Below are positions 56,484-64,000 of a stretch of 64,000 nt of DNA, one piece after another; within the stretch, counting starts at the first letter, position 1, and every line of letters starts with the position of its first letter. This stretch comes from a virus. Lineage: Duplodnaviria; Heunggongvirae; Uroviricota; Caudoviricetes. Below the pieces are notes generated by a model that did not search any database, was not told the DNA's origin, and saw nothing but the letters and a program-made list of their open reading frames with translations. The DNA is taken from IMG/VR virus record IMGVR_UViG_3300042901_002340, one strand, 5' to 3'. Position numbers and translations under genes: made by a program.

Positions 56484-56517
56484 ACAAATGTATGAAAAAA
56501 TTTCGAATTAAAAAAAT
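56484..56517 (-). promoter_or_regulatory. Conserved promoter element (acaaatgtatg ... ttcgaattaaaaaaat)
   Basis: Lies upstream of 55939..56468. Confidence 0.5.
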
Positions 56518-57251
56518 CTTTTTTTCTTTTTTGCAAGGATCTTTATCCTCCTAACCTTAACCGGATATAATATCTTTATAAGAAACATGGAGATCAATTT
56601 ATATCTCCTTCTGTCCTTGTAACCACTAAGAGTCGAGCATCTGATGTACTCCATGCATTTATCAATTGACCAATCTGGATATTTGGTTTTTGAATTAAAT
56701 GCATCCAGATAATTTGATCTAAAATCGGATAATGAATGCTTCACCATGCTGTAATCACTAAGTATAAGCGTATTACAACCATCGGATGTTTCTTTTAGTA
56801 TATCCATTTTATATGAGAACCTTCTTGGCATGTATTGTTCATTTGTTGGGTATTTGTAACCCTTCTCTTTGGGTACAAATCTGAATGTATATTTACCGAG
56901 ATTGAATGTTCTAATTCTTTTTTTAATTTCAATTTGTCCTAGTCGATAGAAAAAATTCCAAGAATTTACTGCTATTGTTTTAGTTTCAAATTTCCAATGC
57001 TTATCCAGTATATCTCTGATGTCCCCATAATTCATGCCCTCCGGTGGGGTACCACAAAAGAAGTCTCCATCCTCCAGCCAGGTACATTTGTAAATCGAGG
57101 CAAAGCACCAATCAAAGTTTAGACATTGATATCCATCCTTCATTGAAGGTGTTCCGTTGGGATTTGATACATGATCACTCACATCTTGATATCTGTCTTG
57201 GTGAGTGACTACCAATGGCGATAAACAGCAGGGACAAAGTATACGTGGCAT
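56508..57251 (-). CDS. Hypothetical Cys-rich protein
   Basis: 247 aa with an N-terminal CPCC...C cluster. Confidence 0.5.
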   Translation of the reverse strand: MPRILCPCCLSPLVVTHQDRYQDVSDHVSNPNGTPSMKDGYQCLNFDWCFASIYKCTWLEDGDFFCGTPPEGMNYGDIRDILDKHWKFETKTIAVNSWNFFYRLGQIEIKKRIRTFNLGKYTFRFVPKEKGYKYPTNEQYMPRRFSYKMDILKETSDGCNTLILSDYSMVKHSLSDFRSNYLDAFNSKTKYPDWSIDKCMEYIRCSTLSGYKDRRRYKLISMFLIKILYPVKVRRIKILAKKKKRFF

Positions 57252-57252
57252 G

Positions 57253-57789
57253 CTAGGATTCCTTCGCTTCTAGTTCAACGTTTTTAGCAAGAAATTTCCA
57301 CATGAAATTGAACAGCTCATCATTACCATTTTTGATACATTGGTAAAGTATGGAGTCAAGATGCCCGGAGATTGACGTTCTTTCGTACGTGGTATTTTTC
57401 CTGTTCAACTGACTCAATTCAACACCGAGTGAATAGTATTCAGTTTCTCTGTTGTTCACGTCAAAATCTGCTTCCCTTCTAATCTTTGCTCTTATAGATA
57501 GAATTTCATTTCTCCTTTTGTTCTCTTCGTCAGTTATGATTGAATTTGTCATGCATAACGAGGCACTAAAATAATCACACTGTCTAAGAGCCTTATGGAA
57601 GTTAATAAACCACCAACTATCATCGGGAGCTTGTTGATATTCAGTAACTATGTACTCTAGAAAATCTGGATCACCTAGATGTAGAATGCTAAAGAGATTC
57701 CAATAAATAAAAAGTTTTGGTTCATTGTCTGACTTTTTTCTTAGAGAATCCAGAAATTTCTCCTCCAGTGTTTGATTTTTATTTTCCAT
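57253..57789 (-). CDS. Hypothetical protein
   Basis: 178-aa ORF. Confidence 0.5.
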   Translation of the reverse strand: MENKNQTLEEKFLDSLRKKSDNEPKLFIYWNLFSILHLGDPDFLEYIVTEYQQAPDDSWWFINFHKALRQCDYFSASLCMTNSIITDEENKRRNEILSIRAKIRREADFDVNNRETEYYSLGVELSQLNRKNTTYERTSISGHLDSILYQCIKNGNDELFNFMWKFLAKNVELEAKES

Positions 57790-58000
57790 CTGATATCCTC
57801 TCGTATTTCTTAATTAGACCATTCATTTTGAAGTAGATGAATGTGAGTACTATCGCTCCAATTGAAATAAGTACTGTGGTATCAATTGATTCTGAATCCG
57901 ATAAGTAAACGAAGAATGGAATAAAAGTCCAAAGAACTATTGCCATTATTCCGGTGCTTCTTCTGAAATCCTTAGCCTCCTTTAATGTTTCTGGTGTCAT
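57779..58000 (-). CDS. Small membrane protein
   Basis: 73 aa with two TM helices. Confidence 0.4.
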   Translation of the reverse strand: MTPETLKEAKDFRRSTGIMAIVLWTFIPFFVYLSDSESIDTTVLISIGAIVLTFIYFKMNGLIKKYERISDGK

Positions 58001-58034
58001 GAGTTTATTTTTAAATTAAAAATCCGAATTATCA

Positions 58035-58069
58035 CACAAATATATGATAATAATTCGGATTAAAAAAAT
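58035..58069 (-). promoter_or_regulatory. Conserved promoter element (cacaaatatatg ... ttcggattaaaaaaat)
   Basis: Lies upstream of 57779..58000. Confidence 0.5.
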
Positions 58070-58271
58070 AACAATAACAATTATTTTAAATTGTTTCTTT
58101 GGTATTTTATGGGATGGCTTAGTTCTTTCTATCTAAATTGGCAGTTTTATCTTGCGATTTTTCTTGAGGTGTAGTGCAGCAGCCCACTGCAGTTCTCTCC
58201 TTACCCAACTATTACCAATGCGTCCATCCTATAAAATACCGTTCATTCACCACGAAGAACATTTTATTTTT

Positions 58272-58340
58272 GTGGAGAGAGAAGGATTCGAACCTCCAAT
58301 CTTATTGCTTTACCTACACGTGACTTTAAGCATATCTCCC
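58272..58340 (-). tRNA. tRNA-like element T5 (69 nt)
   Basis: 5' end GGGGAGA pairs 7 of 7 (one G-U) with 3' TCTCTCC-A. T-arm GGAGG-TTCGAAT-CCTTC. The interior GCTT-AAAGTCACGTGTAGGTA-AAGC does not give a canonical D-arm or anticodon arm. Confidence 0.4.
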
Positions 58341-58351
58341 CATTTATATTT

Positions 58352-58458
58352 GTGGCCAGTGCAGGAATCGAACCTGCTGTTAATGCCAAAGCTCCACGAC
58401 ATCAACCATTGCTTTATAGGAACTTTCTAATGTGCAGGTTCCATCCCTGCATTCTGGC
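58352..58458 (-). tRNA. tRNA-like element T6 (107 nt)
   Basis: 5' end GGCCAGA; 3' end GCAGG-TTCGATT-CCTGC-ACTGGCC-A. The D-arm-like hairpin is GCAGGGATGGAACCTGC. Confidence 0.4.
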
Positions 58459-58543
58459 CGTTAAAAACAGAGGTCATCCAGTATACGGGGTGCGCCTCAC
58501 CTTATGCATCTAGGGCCCGTGCGTTTGTGTTTTACTTGTTTTG

Positions 58544-58620
58544 TGATTGGAACAGGATTCGAACCCATTTTTACCAGTACTCTCAATAGGCGTCGCGCCA
58601 CAATCAAGCTATTTCCAATC
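58544..58620 (-). tRNA. tRNA-like element T7 (77 nt)
   Basis: Perfect 7-bp terminal stem GATTGGA/TCCAATC, discriminator A, T-arm ATGGG-TTCGAAT-CCTGT. The interior has a GGCG-CGA-CGCC hairpin and no obvious anticodon stem. Confidence 0.45.
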
Positions 58621-58806
58621 GTTTAAAGAGCCTAGCCTGACCTGCCAGACAGTACATGTCGAGATTAATTTGGCGCCTCGTTATGTAGTAGACCCTTATG
58701 TTTTAACCCTGGACTTGGACTCTGCCTCGAACGATTTTATTAGTGATCCGCGGAACCACCTTATTTCGTGTCCAGTTATCACTGCAGCTTACAGTGACGT
58801 GGCTAG

Positions 58807-58933
58807 TGGGGGAAACAGGAATCGAACCTGTGACACTTTGAATCAGCTAAACCTCGCCTTTGTGTGAAGACGTCATAGATGCTATCTATGATGTAAGTTA
58901 GAGATGGATACCATACCGTTGGTCTATTCCCCC
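58807..58933 (-). tRNA. tRNA-like element T8 (127 nt)
   Basis: Perfect 7-bp terminal stem GGGGGAA/TTCCCCC-A, T-arm ACAGG-TTCGATT-CCTGT. The interior has a perfect 8-bp hairpin TCATAGAT-AGC-ATCTATGA. Confidence 0.4.
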
Positions 58934-59172
58934 TGTTGGAAACCAGTTAAAGCCGACCGATTTCCCTGTTATACCGACTTTTCCACTAGGTTAGGAAACT
59001 GTCTTCTGCAAAACCACCCTTACTTTTCCTTAAGGCTAGGAAAACTTTTAAACTACCCGGTCCTATTAACCTTGTTTTTAAATCTAAAACAATGTTCTCG
59101 TCCGATGGAGATGCACAATAAAAACTGCTTTATCTTCGTATTCTTTATCTTATTTCCCTTATTAATTACATT

Positions 59173-59206
59173 GCAAATATATGAAATTCTTTCGGAATAA
59201 AAAAAT
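59173..59206 (-). promoter_or_regulatory. Conserved promoter element placed to drive the minus-strand tRNA-like cluster 58272..58933
   Basis: gcaaatatatg ... ttcggaataaaaaaat. No protein gene lies between it and element T8, about 240 nt downstream on the minus strand. Confidence 0.45.
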
Positions 59207-59221
59207 AAATAATGAAAAAAA

Positions 59222-60124
59222 TTACATATTTAATCCTTCCTTCATTGATTCCTCCGAAAGCTTTCTAGCTTCCTCCATCTCTAAAGTGGATAAGAATTTA
59301 TCCAGTGTCAGATCACAATATTCATCTATCCAGTCGCCTATAAAGTACAATTTTCTAGTACCTTTAAGCACACCAAATAGAATTGGATCCTTGGCCTTTT
59401 CAACCTCGGCTTTTGTCATCTTTGTGGAATTGTCATACTTATCAAAATGCATAACCGCATAATTATCAAATAGCTCCGAAACGTCATATTTTTTCTTTTC
59501 CTCTATAACATCTTCCGGAATCATTCTGGCGTAGTTTTTTATCCACGTCAGTTTCAGCATTTTATCTTTTAGGTTTGCTTTTTTATAGAACTTAACTACA
59601 TCCTCCTCGGTAACGTATTTCATCTCACCAACCTCCAATAGTTTAGCTTCCGCAAGAACCCCATCCTTCTTATCTCTAAGTATTTCCAAGAAAGCTATCT
59701 GTCCATTATTCTTTGCAGTTTCTATTGCATTTGTATAGAATTCGACCGAGCCTGGATTTACCTCCAGAGTTTTTATTGAATCCTTAACATCATTAAAGAA
59801 TTCATCCACTGATTGATATCGGATTTTTGTTATCTTCTTGTTTGGAAATAGCATCTCCGCAGCTTTCAATTTAATCCAACTTTTAAACGTGTGCTCATGC
59901 ATGTGCCTATAGTGAAAATAATCAACCGCACGTACTTCTATTGAATCGGTGAGTGAATTTGCAGAATTTGAATCCCTTGTCATGGCATCCGAGAATGAAC
60001 TCATTCCACCAACCACGAAAGATCCGTTTGCTACTGATATGCTATTATTTTCCACCTTCTTGATGGCCTTGGGCATAGAGATGAAATTTTCAAATATCTC
60101 TAACTTGTTGGAATTTGTTATCAT
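59222..60124 (-). CDS. Hypothetical protein
   Basis: 300-aa ORF. Confidence 0.5.
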   Translation of the reverse strand: MITNSNKLEIFENFISMPKAIKKVENNSISVANGSFVVGGMSSFSDAMTRDSNSANSLTDSIEVRAVDYFHYRHMHEHTFKSWIKLKAAEMLFPNKKITKIRYQSVDEFFNDVKDSIKTLEVNPGSVEFYTNAIETAKNNGQIAFLEILRDKKDGVLAEAKLLEVGEMKYVTEEDVVKFYKKANLKDKMLKLTWIKNYARMIPEDVIEEKKKYDVSELFDNYAVMHFDKYDNSTKMTKAEVEKAKDPILFGVLKGTRKLYFIGDWIDEYCDLTLDKFLSTLEMEEARKLSEESMKEGLNM

Positions 60125-60127
60125 TGA

Positions 60128-60712
60128 CTAGTCTTTAAAAAGGTTTAATAAATATTCAAACATTGGTGCTAACTTATGATCCTTGTCATCGCCTCCGAGT
60201 TTAGTAACAAAATTGGCATTCTCTTTTTTGTACTTATCGTACATGGAGCTGCCTGTCATTTTTCCATATTGCACATTAGCTATACGGTCACAAAGCTTAA
60301 CGAAAACTGCTCCTGGTGTTGCTACTATTCCTGCATAGTATTTGTCATTGGCTCTCTCCGCACGATTTTTACCTTTCTCGTTGGTAACTGCATAAACTAT
60401 GTCAGCAGCATCTTTACCGAGATGATTTACCACGTCGTTATATGATGTTCTAGTATCTTCGATTGTATCATGCCCCCAACCAGCTTTTCTACAAGCCATT
60501 CTAAGGGAGACAAAGCCAATTCTGCTTCCGTCCAGAATCTCTCTAGATTTTCCGGTTTGCATGTCTTTCGTGTCGTCTAGGAGGTGTTCAAATTGCTGAG
60601 CCACCCTATCCACCATTCTTAGGTGAAAGCTGTATGGGATATATTTGTCATACATGTGGTTGGTGTTATCGTGTTGTGCTATGCACCAGTCTACGTAGGT
60701 TGTCAAATCCAT
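60128..60712 (-). CDS. HD-domain hydrolase, RelA/SpoT-Mesh1-like (possible small alarmone (p)ppGpp hydrolase)
   Basis: GWGHDTIEDT matches the SpoT/Mesh1 HD.xED signature. Upstream histidines HLRMVDRV precede it. 194 aa, typical of stand-alone hydrolases. Confidence 0.5.
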   Translation of the reverse strand: MDLTTYVDWCIAQHDNTNHMYDKYIPYSFHLRMVDRVAQQFEHLLDDTKDMQTGKSREILDGSRIGFVSLRMACRKAGWGHDTIEDTRTSYNDVVNHLGKDAADIVYAVTNEKGKNRAERANDKYYAGIVATPGAVFVKLCDRIANVQYGKMTGSSMYDKYKKENANFVTKLGGDDKDHKLAPMFEYLLNLFKD

Positions 60713-60730
60713 TTCTTTTATTTTTTATAT

Positions 60731-60764
60731 CGCAAATGTAATAATTAATTTCGATATAAAAAAA
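60731..60764 (-). promoter_or_regulatory. Conserved promoter element (gcaaatgtaa ... ttcgatataaaaaaat) followed by the terminator hairpin aagccggaaaaaatccggctt
   Basis: Lies upstream of 60128..60712 and downstream of 60812..61384. Confidence 0.5.
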
Positions 60765-60811
60765 TAAAGCCGGAAAAAATCCGGCTTTATTTAAAATTTT
60801 TATTGAATGAA

Positions 60812-61384
60812 TTAGAAATACCTTTCCTCAAATACGAGGAGATCTAATTTGTTATTTACGTTGATTAATTGAAGTGCATTCAGAAGATCTGAGTATTCAC
60901 CAACAGAATCATTTTGTATATCAACATACTTCTGGATGAAATTAAATGTTGGTGGATGTGCATCGCAAAGTGCATGCTGCATTGATGAGTAATTCATCAA
61001 TAGCTTATATTCTATGTCGTATCCCTCGTCGATAATACTAACTAATGAATCAAACTCATTTGGTACATTTACTGCAGGTATCTGTGGAAGTATATTCCAC
61101 TGGATTAAATAATCCTGTAAGCCTTTTGCGTGATCGAGTTCGGATGCTGCCTCAGCTTCAAAGAAAGCTGTTGCTTTTTTATAGTTTGCGTTTTTGCACC
61201 AATTGGCTGCATTTCTATATGTATAGTGTGCAGTGTATTCATCAGCTATTCTTTTCTCGAATGCAGCAACTATATCAGCTGATAAAACTTTTGGATTTGT
61301 AATTCCGTTTGATACTCCAATCTCTATGGCTTCAATCTCCACATTCTCGTTGGTTTTATCTTTGAAGTGTTTAAATGTTCTCAT
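60812..61384 (-). CDS. Ferritin-like protein
   Basis: AHYTYRNAANW...ATAFFEAEAASELDHAKGLQDYL matches the ferritin helix A/B pattern (Y.Y......F..FF...S.EE..HA.KL..Y). Confidence 0.6.
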   Translation of the reverse strand: MRTFKHFKDKTNENVEIEAIEIGVSNGITNPKVLSADIVAAFEKRIADEYTAHYTYRNAANWCKNANYKKATAFFEAEAASELDHAKGLQDYLIQWNILPQIPAVNVPNEFDSLVSIIDEGYDIEYKLLMNYSSMQHALCDAHPPTFNFIQKYVDIQNDSVGEYSDLLNALQLINVNNKLDLLVFEERYF

Positions 61385-61438
61385 AGATTATTATTATTTT
61401 GTCTACTATATATCAATACTGCAGACAAAATAAAATGC

Positions 61439-61816
61439 CTATGGAGCAATTCCCTCATCCACACAATAACCTGCTTCCTCCGTCTCCTCCACATATTTTT
61501 TATATGCTTCTGAATCCTCGCCAAGATTTATTCTGTATTCGGTTTCTCCATTATCCCATGAGGCCAATCTAATCATAACCGGTGTTCCGTGATAGATTTT
61601 TGTACATTGGTTCATTACCCAATCCTTGTGGTGTGCACCGTCAATCGATCCGTATCTCTCGATGAACTCAAACATCCAATCTTTGATTCCAAATCCAGTG
61701 TATGGATTTCCTGGATCTTCCATCCCTACCTCAACCTCTCCTAAATATTTTGCCATGATTTTTTTATTTAATTTCAACATGTAAGCAACATCCTGAACCA
61801 CCACACCCGCAAGCAT
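61439..61816 (-). CDS. Hypothetical protein
   Basis: 125-aa ORF. Confidence 0.45.
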   Translation of the reverse strand: MLAGVVVQDVAYMLKLNKKIMAKYLGEVEVGMEDPGNPYTGFGIKDWMFEFIERYGSIDGAHHKDWVMNQCTKIYHGTPVMIRLASWDNGETEYRINLGEDSEAYKKYVEETEEAGYCVDEGIAP

Positions 61817-61997
61817 AGATCTTATGTTTTATACCTTTTTCAATTTCACCTCTTTTTAATTGGGCATTATGTACCGCCTCATCATGTTTGATGATTGCCA
61901 TATCCAGGCTATCAAATAGTCTGTTGCCCTCCCTGGTAGTTTTGGTGCTTCTACCTTTTTTCCTTGCGATTCCTACAGCATCATATAACTTTGCCAT
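61764..61997 (-). CDS. Hypothetical small protein with a C-terminal Cys cluster (CGCGGSGCC)
   Basis: 77-aa ORF. Confidence 0.35.
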   Translation of the reverse strand: MAKLYDAVGIARKKGRSTKTTREGNRLFDSLDMAIIKHDEAVHNAQLKRGEIEKGIKHKIYACGCGGSGCCLHVEIK

Positions 61998-62174
61998 TAT
62001 TGTTCCTCCACTATTGTGTTAACGATTGGATAGTATCTAAATCTTCCATTGTCGTCTTTAAAGCAGTAGTAGTTATCACCAATTTCAGCAAGCTCTCCTT
62101 TTATGGTTGTATCCAAACCAAAGTATGACGTTGATCCGCTATTCAATAGCAATCTTATCCTATATTTTTTCATA

Positions 62175-62660
62175 TTAGTGTCCTTTAAATGCTTTTAAAT
62201 CGTTCATTTTCTTAGCTATTCTAATTCCCATTGGTGTGCTCATTAGTTCAATTTTAGGAACTATGCCACAGCGGATTAGTTCTATTCTATCCGCATCAAA
62301 GCATGCACCTATTGTGATGTCATCCGTTTCAACTACACCCTTGTGATGTTGCAAACATGCTCTCCATAGTTGGATATATTGGCTATATTCTAAGAATTCC
62401 AGCTTTCCACTGTTTCTTAGCCAAACAACAAAATCAGCAGCCCTATCCCCATGCTCGGGATCCTGATGATCATCTTCCCTTTTGCAATCATGTAGGTATG
62501 CAAAAAGACGAACAACAGTAAGATCCACACCGGGTTGTCGGGATAGCATCACTCCATTCTCATGGACCTCGTCCCAGTGATGTACCCCGTGTATCGATTC
62601 CTTGTCCATGACAAATGTCTCAATAGCTATTTTTTTAATTCCCTCTATGTGTTGTCTCAT
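62175..62660 (-). CDS. HD-domain phosphohydrolase
   Basis: HGVHHWDEVH...VVRLFAYLHDCKRED fits the H..H...D HD pattern. Confidence 0.45.
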   Translation of the reverse strand: MRQHIEGIKKIAIETFVMDKESIHGVHHWDEVHENGVMLSRQPGVDLTVVRLFAYLHDCKREDDHQDPEHGDRAADFVVWLRNSGKLEFLEYSQYIQLWRACLQHHKGVVETDDITIGACFDADRIELIRCGIVPKIELMSTPMGIRIAKKMNDLKAFKGH

Positions 62661-62665
62661 AATTG

Positions 62666-62908
62666 TTAAAATTGATCTTTGTATTTATTATAGTCCTCCT
62701 CTGATATTTCGCAGGTATTTATAACTGTAAAGAATTTATAGTTCCTATAGGGAGTTCCTTTATCCTCAGCAGCATCAACCTTTTTTATAAATTCCATTGG
62801 TGACGTGTTAATAACTTGGTTCCATTGGGACATTGAACCCGAACTGTTAGTTGCCTGATATGTTATAAAATAATACTTCATACTAACTATCATGAAATAA
62901 TCCGTCAC
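62666..62908 (-). CDS. Hypothetical small protein
   Basis: 80-aa ORF. Confidence 0.4.
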   Translation of the reverse strand: MTDYFMIVSMKYYFITYQATNSSGSMSQWNQVINTSPMEFIKKVDAAEDKGTPYRNYKFFTVINTCEISEEDYNKYKDQF

Positions 62909-63051
62909 CGTCTTCCATTATTTTTACGTCGCATTCCCCCTCGACAACATCGCCAACATTGGTCCAACCAATTCCATCGGGATCCGTCAGAATGACCATT
63001 TTATCTCCGTCTATTTTCTCTAGTATTTTTATTAAATCTTTTACTGTCATC

Positions 63052-63345
63052 TTATTGCGGATTTGTTGTTGCTATGTCTCCTATTAGATCGCCACCTGTC
63101 CAAACTGTAATTACCTGCCCCTTAGTGAATCTTTCGAACCTTCGAGGTTTAACCTCAATGATGGTGTCTTGTCCCCTTTTATTCTTTGTTTTTAAGCTCG
63201 CTGCTCCATCCCAGGAGCTTACCTTCATTACAGTACCCACATATCTATTTGGTTCAGTATGCATCACTATAATAAGTACTAGAACCAATATTGGGATTCC
63301 GACAAAGATTAATGGCAACGAAAGGTCTTTTAATGATTCTTTCAT
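63052..63345 (-). CDS. Small membrane protein
   Basis: 97 aa with an N-terminal TM helix. Confidence 0.4.
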   Translation of the reverse strand: MKESLKDLSLPLIFVGIPILVLVLIIVMHTEPNRYVGTVMKVSSWDGAASLKTKNKRGQDTIIEVKPRRFERFTKGQVITVWTGGDLIGDIATTNPQ

Positions 63346-63602
63346 TAGAAAAGATCATTAAATGGTGGATCCCAATTTTTCCTCTTTCTAGCAGTTTTTC
63401 CAATCTTTACGGAACCTGATGATAGATTTACCTGCCAACTTACCCCAACAGGTCCAGGGTTACCTGTAGGTCCAGCAGAGCCAAGTGATCCCATTTCCTT
63501 GTTGGATGGTAGATGCTTATGAGATTTTTTACCTGGATTTGTTGGCGCCTCACTTTGTGGGTTTGCTCTATTCGTCTTATCCCTCATTTCAACTCTTTCC
63601 AT
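63345..63602 (-). CDS. Hypothetical small basic protein
   Basis: 85-aa ORF. Confidence 0.4.
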   Translation of the reverse strand: MERVEMRDKTNRANPQSEAPTNPGKKSHKHLPSNKEMGSLGSAGPTGNPGPVGVSWQVNLSSGSVKIGKTARKRKNWDPPFNDLF

Positions 63603-64000
63603 TATATACTTCTTTTAGTGTCTCTGTCAATATCCTTCTCTTTGATAGCTGCTCTTTTATCATAGGTCTTCTTTCCCTTTGCAAGTGCTATATCCAACTT
63701 GATTAATCCTTTCTCGTTGGTAAAAATTCTAAATGGAACTATAGTCATTCCTCTGTCCATATCATTCTGTAGCTTTTTAAGCTCACTTCTATTAAGAAGT
63801 AATTTTCTTTCCCTATTAGGTTCATGAGAATATGTCGAAGATATTGGAGTTATGTTTAGATTCTTTAGAAAAAGTTCCTTTCCATTGAAATAACAGTAGG
63901 AATCCACAAAAGAAACCCTACCGTCCCTAATAGCCTTTACTTCAGATCCCATTAGTTGCATTCCAGCAGTTAGAGTCCTAATAAACTCATAATCGAACCT
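63602..64000 (-). CDS. smpB: SmpB (SsrA/tmRNA-binding protein); the N-terminus runs past the window end
   Basis: SEVKAIRDGRVSFVDSYCYF..ELFLKNLNI.P.......HEPNRERKLLLNRSELKKL.......GMTIVPFRIF.NEKGLIKLDIALAKGKKTYDKRAAIKEKDIDRD aligns block by block with recalled bacterial SmpB (..TEVKSLRAG..SDSYA...LHISPY......HEPRRTRKLLLHRREL.KL...GLTLVPLKLY...G..K.ELALAKGKK.HDKR..IK.RD). Confidence 0.75.
   Translation of the reverse strand, partial: RFDYEFIRTLTAGMQLMGSEVKAIRDGRVSFVDSYCYFNGKELFLKNLNITPISSTYSHEPNRERKLLLNRSELKKLQNDMDRGMTIVPFRIFTNEKGLIKLDIALAKGKKTYDKRAAIKEKDIDRDTKRSI

Noticed and set aside
17351-58933. Calling the eight elements canonical tRNAs with specific anticodons
   Set aside because: I could not fold any of them into a standard cloverleaf by hand. 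The D-arm to T-arm spacing is wrong in all eight, and the CTTAAAG segments in T3 and T5 sit where no anticodon stem can form. They are reported only as tRNA-like.
58152-59462. Plus-strand ORFs 58152..58430, 58547..58867, 58904..59200 and 59181..59462 across the second tRNA-like cluster
   Set aside because: They overlap the tRNA-like elements and the conserved promoter and have low-complexity translations. I treat the region as non-coding RNA.
1-64000. Reading the window as part of a eukaryote-infecting giant virus (AT-rich, collagen-like proteins, tRNAs, GIY-YIG endonucleases)
   Set aside because: Canonical bacterial intrinsic terminators (GC stems plus T-runs), a Bacteroidetes-type TAnnTTTG promoter motif, smpB, and small tightly packed genes fit a bacteriophage. 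No mimivirus-type AAAATTGA promoter was seen.
1-64000. CRISPR array or other regularly spaced direct repeats
   Set aside because: Apart from collagen-codon tandem repeats inside CDSs, no spaced repeat arrays were found.

Overview
The window is AT-rich (estimated by eye, not counted, at roughly one-third GC) and densely packed with ORFs, about 85% of them on the minus strand. Most ORFs are short and have no recognisable function. I read it as part of a large double-stranded DNA bacteriophage genome (a jumbo phage or large myovirus), not a cellular chromosome and not a giant virus of eukaryotes.

The reasons for a phage call:
- Many canonical intrinsic terminators: GC-rich hairpins followed by T-runs.
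- A composite intergenic element recurs upstream of gene starts: A-rich hairpin/T-run, then TTCGAnATAAAAAAAT, then 6-10 nt, then CATATATTTGC about 20-30 nt before the ATG. Its core TAnnTTTG matches the Bacteroidetes sigma-A -7 promoter consensus, which suggests a Bacteroidetes host (Flavobacteriia or Bacteroidia type).
- Two free-standing GIY-YIG homing endonucleases.
- Three consecutive large structural genes with collagen-like Gly-X-Thr repeats and beta-helix domains, read as tail fibres or tailspikes.

Recognisable gene content:
- A secreted DRGH-type non-specific nuclease.
- An NAD/ADP-ribose-centred set: NAMPT/NadV-like, PRPP-synthetase-like, a NadR-type P-loop kinase, a macro domain, a NADAR domain, a SLOG-like Rossmann protein, and NDT-like and DUF1937-like proteins.
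- RNA-related genes: a Thg1-like 3'-5' nucleotidyltransferase next to a P-loop polynucleotide-kinase-like gene, and a partial SmpB at the right edge.
- A flotillin/SPFH protein, M42 and M28-like peptidases, ferritin, two HD-domain hydrolases (one SpoT/Mesh1-like), a GcrA-like tandem helix-turn-helix protein, and two LemA-like paralogs.
- Several paralogous families.

Two ORF-free regions (16.7-18.1 kb and 58.0-59.2 kb) carry eight minus-strand tRNA-like elements. Each has a perfect tRNA T-arm and a 6-7 bp acceptor stem, but the lengths are atypical (69-158 nt) and the interiors do not fold as cloverleaves.

All functional calls come from motif recognition by eye. None are verified by search.
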